A stretch of DNA of 63,800 nt, filler included, from Reticulomyxa filosa (Eukaryota > Protista > Foraminifera), in the NCBI GenBank assembly GCA_000512085.1. It is 23 parts of 23 records of this genome, joined end to end, with 100 filler letters (N's around TTAATTAATTAA, not from the genome) between each part and the next. Parts side by side here need not be neighbours in the genome. Positions count along the whole stretch, not along the records: positions 10,495 to 13,653 come from ASPP01000772.1; positions 13,754 to 15,730 come from ASPP01022959.1; positions 15,831 to 20,333 come from ASPP01021728.1; positions 20,434 to 22,003 come from ASPP01007479.1; 19 more parts are not named here. One strand, given 5' to 3'. How positions within the stretch are numbered: position 1 is the first letter of the stretch; every line of letters begins with the position of its first letter. Made by a program: the position numbers and the translations under genes. The notes below the pieces were generated by a model. It was not told the DNA's origin. It did not search any database and saw nothing but the letters and a program-made list of their open reading frames with translations. This document shows positions 11,812 to 22,003 of this stretch, piece after piece.

Positions 11812-13283
11812 ATGTCCGAAATAATGGACAATGGCAAAATACCGCAAATGCGGAAGCTTACTCCACCAGACTTGGAGACCACTCTCAAATTCAAAAGAAA
11901 CGAAGACGCACACACAACAGTAATTTGCACTTGCCTCCCTTATCTCAGAATACACACTAACAACAATAATGCAAATCGATCTACCGAAAATTCGCAAAAC
12001 TTCTCTAACCGTGAGCCAAAAGAAAAGAACCATATTCATTCAACATTTCCAGATTTCAAGGAGATTGATCCCACAAGTGCACAAAAACATCAAGAATACG
12101 AAAGTGAATTCGACCCCATCAACTATATGGACCTGGACAATGGGCAACAGCAAACCGACCGTCATATCCACATCAAACAAGTCTGTCCAGTCCCCAACTG
12201 CAGTAACACATTCCCAAAAGACACATGCATTATTCATGCATGTCGACAAACATGCAACCGGCCAGCTGGTTAGAACAATTCCAAAAGAATTTTTCCAAAA
12301 GCACAATCGAATCATTTGTACCTATTGCAAGAAAACTGTATTCAAGGGCAGATCCACCAACAACATGCACACCAAATGCGCCACATCGCATTAACAGCAG
12401 ATCCGAATGAACAAGCCAACACAGCGCCTGCACAAATAGACAACCAATTATCCTGGTCTGACATAACTCTAATCCATATCGCCAAATAACTCACCAAACT
12501 CATTGCAAGAACTCCAAAAGAAACAAGGTCCTTTTCGTTGCTGGTATCTCATCTTGTCTTCGCAATATCATACCGAACAATAACACAAGCATGGGTATCA
12601 TGGATGCAATTCATTTGGGTAATATTGTGGCAACCCGAAAGAAGCAACAAACTGCACATTAAAACACTCACAGTCACAATCGTCAACTGAATAAACAGAT
12701 GGAAGGCAGGGGAGAAGCAACAATTGCTTCGAATTTCTATCACATTCACAAAAAATCAAAAACAGACAAATGACACACAACAATACCAAACGTTCCGAAA
12801 ATGCAATGCGTACGACCTGTATGAAATACGCATTACTTGGCGAATATTCCAAAACACTACAATCGCTGACACCAACACAACCAATATTATACGAAAAGCA
12901 GACAATCTCTGCATCGCAAGCCAAGCATCCATACGAAGACCTTCCGCAAATCCCCATTACAGAGGAAAAAACAGCAAACACAAACACAAAAGTACCAGCA
13001 ATCACAGCCAAGGAAATAAAAGATTACACACAAAAACTTTCCCGCACACATCAGTCAAACAATGGACATCAAAATGGACGCGTGGGACAAAGAATTTGAC
13101 GAGATCAAAAACATCAACCACGCACAGACCACACTCATGCCCCTTCGCTAGTCGTTACAAGCCTCTAAGGTCAACTATTATTTACGTGCCAACTATACAG
13201 ATCCTCGTGACAACTGGGCTCAAAGATTCGACAACAGGTTGAAAGGAACCACAGGATTGATTGTAAATCAAAAAAATTCTTGA
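11812..13283 (+). mobile_element. Decayed CRE/SLACS-like non-LTR retrotransposon with RT core apparently deleted
   Basis: Frameshifted segments read CPVPNC...HVDKH, IPKEFFQKHNRIICTYC, INRWKAGEKQQLL, ALLGEYSKTLQSL, then directly the post-RT-like HAQTTLMPLR*SLQASKVNYYLR...FDNRLK. The stretch is intronless and C/A-skewed. Confidence 0.6.
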
Positions 13284-13570
13284 GCGGCTTCTTAACGATA
13301 TAAATCTAACCTTTCGCACATCAAAATACTCGCACACAATAATTGGCAACTTCGGCACATGTCTTGTCATCATTTTTTGCAAGCGGTGTTTCAAAGAATT
13401 TATTTGCAAATGAACAAAATAAATGTATGTGTCCAAACGACACCTAAAATGTGCAATTTGCATCAAAGTAAACTCTTCAAAAAATGCTTCAATAAAAAAT
13501 TTAAAAAAAATATCTTTAAAAGTTTTATTAAACATTTTCAAACTAAAACAACTTGTAGTTCCAAACACTA

Positions 13571-13653
13571 TCAATTATTTTGTTGAATAATCAATTATTC
13601 TTTTGAATAATCAATTATTTTGTTGAATAATCAATTATTCTTTTGAATAATCA
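13571..13653. repeat. Tandem repeat of two alternating 20-mers (40-bp period)
   Basis: TCAATTATTTTGTTGAATAA and TCAATTATTCTTTTGAATAA in order A-B-A-B, running into the contig end. Confidence 0.9.
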
Positions 13654-14683
13654 NNNNNNNNNNNNNNNNNNNNNNNNNNNNNNNNNNNNNNNNNNNNTTA
13701 ATTAATTAANNNNNNNNNNNNNNNNNNNNNNNNNNNNNNNNNNNNNNNNNNNNCCCAACAATGTGAACAAAGAAAGAAGAATACGGGGTAGAACCACCCC
13801 GTCTCCGAAAGGAGAAATAAAGGTTTGTTATATATTTATATATTTTTAAATATGTTTAAGTTGTTGTATGTTGCTATAACATAGGTTCCTCCGTCCACCA
13901 AAGTCGTTACCTTATTTGTTCCCATCCGTTCACACAAAAGAAAAAAAATAAGGGGTTGAAACTACCCCCGTATCCTCAAAGAGGAATAATTGTATGTGAT
14001 GTTTATTTATGTATACATATATATTATTTTGTTATATAATGTTTGTGCTTGTGTTTGTGATTTAATAGGTTCCCCCTCAAAGAAAAAACATATATATACA
14101 TATATTTATTTGTACACATTCCTAAAAAAAAAAGATTGTAAGTGTTCTTATAGGAAAAAAGAAAAAAAGAGATGAAATTTCAAATAATAGTTATAAATAT
14201 ATATTTTTTAACATGTTCTTAAAAAATTATAAATGTAACTTTGTTTATGCATATAGGTCCGGCGTAACAAAGACTGGAGGAGTGTATGTGATATCTTGAA
14301 AAGGGGTTGGAAAATATGGAGAAAGGGAGGAATAAGGGGGGGAGAAAGAAAATAATGGAATAATAAAAAGAAAAAAGGGGAAGAAAGAAAAGGTGAATAA
14401 AAAAAAAGGAAGAATAAAGAAAAAAAAAGTGGATGATAAAGAAAAAGTAAAAAAAAAAAAAAAGAAAGAAGGAAAAGAAAAAAAGAAAAAGATAAAAAGG
14501 TAAAAATTTAAAAAAGTTGACCTTTTTTATAAGAAAAAAATAATGAAAAAAAAAATGACAAAGAATGAAAAAGAAAAAAAAAAGTTGGATTTTATTTTTT
14601 AAATATTGGAATATCCCGTACGGGACAACAACATGTTAAGTAGGTTTTTTCCTTGTATATGTTTGTTCAAAAAAATATAATGT

Positions 14684-15730
14684 GTGGATATCGTGTGTTG
14701 TCTCTTACTTTATAGGAAACATCGACAACTGGAATATATTAGTACAGTCAATCGTTCGAATGTGGTAGCTTCAATGGACAAACATGCACTTCAATATCAT
14801 CATTCCAAAAGCAAAAAATTTGCTCATCGATTGCTTCTTGAAGATAATCTCAACACAAGATTTTCCTGGGACAACATAGCTCAAAAGGAATCAACTGATC
14901 ACTAGAGACAGTTGCACCATCAACTACTATCGGTCCAAACTTGATATGCATTCATTTGCCAAAAAAAATTGGTATGATGAACAACAACTTGCATTTCCTG
15001 ATCATTGTCAATGCAATTTCAGTCTCTTACGTCCGCAACTTTGTTTAGAGCGTATAGATATAAATCCTCAAATTGGCTATCGATTATCCCACATTTGCCA
15101 AGGAATTTAGTTTTATCTATTTTCAGCACCAGCGGGCCGTGTAAGATCGAACAAGTATTATAACACTAATGCTTTTACCTTCAAGTCGAAGAAATGTACA
15201 AACCGACATTTAAATGCTTATAAATTGAACCTTGCCTCCAAGATGCAATACTGAATCTTGTAATCAAATGGAGAAAAAAGATCAATCAATTGAAGTATGT
15301 TTGGAACAAGTATTTACCAGAGTGAATGCCTTTCTTTTTGAATAACATACTAGTTGAAGCGTTAGTACTGTGGATATCGATTGAAACAAAAAAAAAAGAT
15401 GTTCAAGCTAACGTGAAGATAATAACAATTTGTCCAGAGCAGAATTGGCATTTAACAAGTATACATCGCTGACTCTATTTTGGATGAATAATCAAGGTCT
15501 GAATCATGAATTGGAAGTATTGAATATCTTATCATCGGCGACAGATGGTATTTGCACTATTTGTGAGCCACATGAGTTCATTCGATAATAGAACTTCTCA
15601 AATTGCATCTTTCCAAATTGTGTTGCTGTGAGTAATCAAATATTGGACATATCCAATCAACTTATTAACATGTGATTATGTTCAGCAATCTTGGAATCGA
15701 CTCCCACAAGTTGACCAATTGGCATCCGAT
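14684..15730 (+). pseudogene. Decayed coding-like sequence of an unknown multicopy family
   Basis: Multiple stops and shifts. Translated pieces LNHELEVLNILSSATDGI and CVAVSNQILDISNQLI resemble pieces in 26995-27310. Confidence 0.45.
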
Positions 15731-16602
15731 NNNNNNNNNNNNNNNNNNNNNNNNNNNNNNNNNNNNNNNNNNNNTTAATTAATTAANNNNNNNNNNNNNN
15801 NNNNNNNNNNNNNNNNNNNNNNNNNNNNNNTATCGTACGGTGTTCTGAAGAGAAAAAATTATTTGAATAAAAATATAATATTTGATTTGATTACCATTTT
15901 GTTTGTTTTTATTGTTTATAGGTAGCAAAAATGTTTGATCCAACAAATGAGCATTCGCAAAAGAAATGTTGTGGTGCGAAAAAAGGTGCGTGATTTTGTT
16001 TTGATATGTAATTTTCTTTGTCTACGTTAATTCAATGAAGAACATTTAGCGCATTGAACCTAGTGATATGACCTCTTTCTGATTTTTTTTAAGAAATAAA
16101 AATCCTGACAAAAAACAAATTTAACCAAAGTTATTTTGTTGAAAATTATAGAAATGTATCGATGAAAATGACCTGCAAATTGTTAAAATATCAAAAAGAT
16201 TGACAGTCCGTAATTATTGTACAAACTCAGAAGTGAATCAGTCCTCTTGGGGATCGGACAGTTTCGAATTTAAAATGTAAATAACAACTTCAAGCCGAAA
16301 CAAATTGTGCAGGACTTTTAAACTTATTGAAAAAAATAAAAAAGGAATAGTATTTATCTCTTTTGGTTTATACTTTTTGGATTGCGTTTTTTCATAAACA
16401 TCAGAAGCCAGGTTAAAATCAATTAACTAAAATTTTTTCATGCCTTCCTAATGCTTTTATACCCGAACATTACCTTTTTTTAGGGAGGGTAAAACTCGTC
16501 AAGCCAAAAAAACTAAAACAGTTGTGCATTGTACACAAATCACAAATTCGAGAACTGCCAACAATAACAAAAAAAATCATCATACAAGTGTTGTTTACAG
16601 TG

Positions 16603-17745
16603 TCAGCATCCACAATTGAAATAGGAAGTAGAATTATTTTGTGTTTTTTCTGCTTCACGTTCAGCCAATATTTGCAGGTTCAATCCTTTTCCACTGTACC
16701 TGCTTGCAGTGTTTTGCATACGAGAATCAGTGCTATTTGCACTTTTGGTATTTTTATCAATATTCTGTTCATTGGTATTTTTGATATTGGCAACATCAGT
16801 GATCGTGAATCGATTTTCTTCCGATGAAGATTGGTTTATTCCACTTGCCTTGTAGATTAATTCCAAAAATGCCTTTTCGACGTTCGTGCCATCCAAGGCA
16901 CTTGTTTGATAGAACAACATACCTTTTTTAAAAAAAGAGGACACGTTTACTGCGATAATCGCAAAATTCAATCGATCTACGTATACATACATGTACAAAA
17001 TACGTACCATAGTGATCTGCAAAACTCTTGGCTGCAATCATATTGACAGACGTGCCAAAAGGTTTGGTACTAGACCGTGGCATTTTGACGTCGCCAATAC
17101 CATGGATACTCATGTTATCATCTTCGGAGTCACTGGCATCACCACTGTCATCGCCCGTGTTGCCTCCTGTAGTCTCCTCCGATCCTTTTTGCGTCGATTT
17201 TTTGGTATTTTTGTGCGTTGTTTTTTGTTGTTTGTCTTCGTTTATGGGCTTGTTTATATTTGCTCCCTTCGGTCTGTTGCTTGCTGTTTTGACCATTGTC
17301 ACCGTTGGTGTCAGTGTGGGAATACGTGGGCTTAATAAATCGCATTTGTTTCCACAAAGCAAGAATGGAAACGTTTTGGGATCAAAAGAACCGAAATCGT
17401 GAATAAAATGATTTCGCCAAGCTCCTATATTTCGAAAGGATGATTCGTTGGTACAATCAAATACCAGCACACATGCATCTGCGCCCCGGAAAAATGCACT
17501 TCCCAACGATAAATGACGCTCTTGTCCGGCTGTGTCCCAAACCTGTACATTAATGCCTCCTGTATCCGTACCTGTTTGGCTCCCTCCTATTCCATTGCTT
17601 GATATTGTGTATGATATAAAATCACACCCAATTGTTGGTTTGTGAATTTGGTCAAACGGTTTCCTGCAAAAGAATTTAATAGCGCCGTTTTTCCAACTCC
17701 ACTATCACCCAACACGATTATTTTCAACATGGTATTAGGTTGCAT
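16603..17745 (-). CDS. Rab7-like small GTPase with a large insertion
   Basis: GDSGVGKT, PTIGCDF, WDTAGQE, SLGSAFFRGADACVLVFD, FPFLLCGNKCD, QTSAL and C-terminal CGC. Intron at 17007-16923; one 1-nt slip near 17660. Confidence 0.9.
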
Positions 17746-18709
17746 TCACTATTTCTTTTTTTATTGATAATAATCAACTGCAAAATTACTGAAATTTTGT
17801 CCTTTATTCCCTTTCATGTCATGTTTGTTGCTTTTCGTTCTTTTTTTAAAAAAAAACTTTGCATAGAGATATTTGATAACCACTTAGTTGTTTACAATCT
17901 GATAGCTATTGACTTTAGTAATGTCAAGAAAACAAGTACATAACATTGCAGATTTTAAGCAAGATCATCGTAAAGGCTCAGCATTTAATTAATAAAAAAA
18001 TAAACCAAAAAATCAACACTAAGCAAAAAAATAAACAAAAGTAAAGCATACTCACCAACTTTGAATAAACTTAACATGAGATTAATTTTTTTAAGATATA
18101 TAAAGTAGTTGAATTAGTTTGAAAAAGAATAACATGGCCGGTTGCGATGGCAGAAGATAATTTTTTCAATCAAAGCAAATTAATTTTGTTTATAGAAATA
18201 ATTGAAAATATAAAATAATAAGCAAATTAATTTCGAACGTACACAAAAATTAAAGAGAACATAAGACAGCGAAAAAGTGAAAAAAGAAAAGATTGTATTC
18301 GGTTAAAATGATTGCCCTTTTGGGCGATTCAACAAAAAACAAAAGAATTTAAATAAAGTGCCGCTAATATGAAAAGTATATTGACAAAACTTGACATAAT
18401 ATACAACCGCCGCAAAAAAAACTTATGTTTGTTGTAGAGTGATTTCCATATTTTCTTTCAAAACTATTTAACGGCATTCTTTTTTAAGAAAAGGTAAATC
18501 TTATTGTCGAGTAAAAAATGATTTTGCAACTGAACATTACATGTATTTTTTTATTTGAATTTTAATCAGTTTTAACTTTTATGCAAATTACGGTCATTTG
18601 TGATGTACTTTCTATTTATTGAACGTTTGATCAAATTGAAAATAAGGATTAGAGGAAGTTTGCAAATAAAGCAAAACATTATCTTACAAAATTCGTTTTA
18701 CAGTCCCTT

Positions 18710-19615
18710 TTATGAACGAGAGCGTTTATGCCACAATTCAACAGCTTCCTGAATTTGTGGCTCTGGTTTTAAATCTTGGAGTTTGAGTCTGCAACTAGTG
18801 TCGATTGGATCAGTATCGTGGTCACAGAGCCAGGTCTCAATCATATTTTTTTCGTACACCCTTCCTTGCGGAGTGACGACAGCAGTTTGGAAAATATCTT
18901 GCGAAAGTGGACAGATCAAGTAATCTGGAGGAGTGAGTCCATTGTGTTGGAACATTGTCTCTGTGTCTTTTTGGGTAATGGTATTGGACTCTTTCATATC
19001 ATGTGAATTATGGCGGTTGGTCAATAAGTTTTGTACACTCAAAAAATCGACTTTTTCTTCGTCGTATATACTTTGTCCAGAGCTGTGAAAAATATTGAAA
19101 GATCCACGTACTGCTCCAACGTGCGTATTAGTGTCCAACATACGATGGTACTTTCCTCCAATGTTGGAGCCACATTCCGGACACTTTCCTAACTCCACTG
19201 GAATGCGGCACTCTCCAATCACGTACAAGTGTCCATTTGGACAGGTATACCAATCACAATTACCAAACATCTCTTTCAGGCTTTGCATTGTTGTTTTTTC
19301 TTTTTGTTTTTTTCCAAAACAAGTTTTCCAAATCGGAAATGGATCTTTCAACAGTGATGTTGCATGCTGTAACTCCGACCACCTCTCCAAACATTTTGGC
19401 TTCCATATACTTTCGGCACTTGCGCATTTATGCAAGATTGTGCATATTTGTGACAGTTGGCATATACTTTTCTCGTCTAAGTATTGACATACTTCAATAA
19501 AAAGAGAGATTGATTCTTGTTCAAGCGAAGATTTTTCGCTTTCTTTTTTTATTGTGAATCTGTCCGACTCACATTGCATCATGGTTTTGCATAATTTATG
19601 CAACAAACTAGACAT
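18710..19615 (-). CDS. F-box + RZ-type zinc finger + U-box protein (putative E3 ubiquitin ligase)
   Basis: aa ~36-79 F-box-like (FIEVCQYLDEKSICQLSQIC...ESIWKPKC). aa 122-159 WYTCPNGHLYVIGECRIPVELGKCPECGSNIGGKYH. aa ~229-298 PPDYLICPLSQDIFQTAVVTPQGRVYEKNMIETWL...TDP. Confidence 0.88.
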   Translation of the reverse strand: MSSLLHKLCKTMMQCESDRFTIKKESEKSSLEQESISLFIEVCQYLDEKSICQLSQICTILHKCASAESIWKPKCLERWSELQHATSLLKDPFPIWKTCFGKKQKEKTTMQSLKEMFGNCDWYTCPNGHLYVIGECRIPVELGKCPECGSNIGGKYHRMLDTNTHVGAVRGSFNIFHSSGQSIYDEEKVDFLSVQNLLTNRHNSHDMKESNTITQKDTETMFQHNGLTPPDYLICPLSQDIFQTAVVTPQGRVYEKNMIETWLCDHDTDPIDTSCRLKLQDLKPEPQIQEAVELWHKRSRS

Positions 19616-19885
19616 GCTTTGGACGAGTTTTTATGCGTTGCCCCCATTAGAGGAAAAAGCTGGACAAAAGAAGCGAAAACTTGCGCCGCTATAATACAAA
19701 ATACTTGAACAAATTCTACTTAAAACTAGAGAAATAAGTTTGGAATTGCAATAGTATTTTTTTTTGGTCGAAAACGAAAATACAGAGTTTTGTGAGATAG
19801 ACATAGAACAACGAGAAATTTCCAAACTTTCCTTTTTTTTTTTTTTTTTTTTTTTAGTTTTGGTTCTCCCTGCGTAGATATTCTA

Positions 19886-20304
19886 ATGGCAAGCGATAAA
19901 AAAGAGGTAACGTTTATATGCTTGACATTTCTTGCCAATAACTTACTTTTGTTTGTTTGTTTGTTTTGCTCAGACTGAAAAGAAAAAAAGTAAACTGGAC
20001 GTTAACGTGAAAGAACTTGATGATTGGATAGAGATATTATACAAGTGTGAACCTTTACCAGAAGCAGCAGTTGCTAAATTATGTGCAAAAGCAAGAGCTC
20101 TTTTAATTGAAGAGAAGAATGTGCAACATGTGAAATGTCCTGTAACTGTTAAGTATTGATATTTTTATTTTTATTTATTTATTTTAAAAAAAATGAATGA
20201 ATTTTTATTTAAAAAAGGTTTGCGGAGATATACATGGTCAATTTCATGATTTAATGGAATTGTTTAGAATAGGTGGACAACCACCTGATACAAATTATCT
20301 TTTT
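19886..20304 (+). CDS. Ser/Thr phosphatase PP2A catalytic subunit, 5' part
   Basis: Exons 19886-19906, 19974-20147 and 20218-20304 give ELDDWIE...LCAKAR...[42 protein letters not shown]. Confidence 0.92.
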
Positions 20305-20433
20305 GTTAAGTTATTTATTTAATTTTAATTTAANNNNNNNNNNNNNNNNNNNNNNNNNNNNNNNNNNNNNNNNNNNNTTAATTAATTAANNNNNNNNNNN
20401 NNNNNNNNNNNNNNNNNNNNNNNNNNNNNNNNN

Positions 20434-21962
20434 TATTGGCGACAGAGTGCAAATTGACACCGGAAAAAAAGGAGTTGCGTTGGGATATTTGTCTGCTTGT
20501 TTCTTGTTGTTATTATTATCGAATACAAACATTGCCATACATAAACGACAACAACTTTACAGGTCATACGATACATTGGAAAAGACACGAAAGGAGAAGA
20601 AGTTTATGGAATAGAATTAGATGAAAAAATACTCAAAGGAACAGACGGACGTCATAACAACATGAGATACTTTAGTTGCAGGTTTTTATTTATTGAAAAA
20701 AAAAAAAAAAGAATAAGAATAATAACAATAAGTGCTCCCCCCCTCCCCCTTTGCAAATAAAAATGTTTTATGTTGTCAATTATCAATTTGTAAAAAAGAC
20801 CTGGACGCGGTATATTTGTACGAAAGCATGTAATTGTCGGCGTGGTGCAAGAAGATGATCTTCCAAAATTCGTCGCCGGAGACAGAGTGAAGTTAAGCCG
20901 CGGACGTTATGGTTATATCAAGTATATCGAAGAAGTAGACGAAGGCGAAATATTCGGCATTGAAATTGGTATATACATATATATATATACTTTTATTTTG
21001 TTGGAAATGAACAAAAACACTCACAAATAACATCCAATAATTTTGTATATGTGGATCTGAACAGACGTGTGGGGCGGAGACATAGCCAATGAGGAAGCAG
21101 GGAGAACAAGACGCTTCAGCATGAAATATGGACACCCGATAACGCGATCTCGTCTGAGTTTAGCAGCGAATTTATTGCCTCCAGAGTTTGATGAGACCGC
21201 CCCCTCCACACCCACGGACGACAAGAAAGAAACCAATGCAAAAGGATTTTCGTTGGGAGAGACAGTGGAATTGACAAATGGATTAATCGGCACGATACGA
21301 TTTATTGGACCCATGTACTTTGCCAAAGACGAGGAATGGATTGGTGTTGAACTTCACGATGGCTGGGGCAAACACGACGGAGCGTATCAAGGAGTGAGAT
21401 ACTTCACTTGTCCTCCCAAGCGCGGTGTGTTTGTCAAAGAGGTAAAACGTCTCCGAGAAGACGATCCAAGCCGACAGTACCTGAAACGTCGATGTCCGGA
21501 ATGTGAAGGCCAATTTTTGAAGTTGCGTAACCCTGGGAAAGCTTATCGAGGTATGGGCATGGTGTGCGATCGTTGCCATCGCCACGGAACCAAATTCTCG
21601 GAAAATGATTGGTTTTTCCAATGTTCGAAATGTGAACAAATCGATTTGTGTATGGACTGTATGTTGAAGCTGCATCCTTCGGAGCCCCAACGAGAGGATG
21701 ACATCTCCGAAATCCGAGCCAAATGCCGCTTACTCGATGGACAATGGGTGTTTGAGGAAATTGATATTGATGACGCCATTTCTGAATTGTCCCAGAAAGA
21801 TCAACAAACAAAAGAGGAACAGCAACCAGCAGCGCCAGCTGAATCGCAAAAACCGCAACAAAATATCATTTCCACTATTATTGAAGAAGATAAGGAGGAT
21901 GACAATGATTTCGACACTTTTGCTTCAAAGGCTTCGCAATCATCCAAATTCCATTTATCCGA

Positions 21963-21963
<1 letters not shown>
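20434..21963 (+). CDS. Multi-CAP-Gly protein with ZZ-like zinc finger (partial)
   Basis: Spliced exons give IGDRV...GVIRYIG...GIELD...GTDG...RYFSC...GIFV, a second partial unit (GDRVKL...GYIKYI...FGIEI) and a canonical unit (GTIRFIG...WIGVEL...GKHDG...RYFTC...GVFV). These are followed by CDRC...FQCSKC...DLCMDC. Confidence 0.88.

Positions 21964-22003
<40 letters not shown>

Noticed and set aside
13571-13653. CRISPR array
   Set aside because: Units are contiguous with no unique spacers, there are no cas genes, and the context is eukaryotic.
17655-17670. Programmed frameshift in the Rab gene (also PPR and STE20 genes)
   Set aside because: All slips fall in homopolymer runs, the typical error mode of this kind of assembly.
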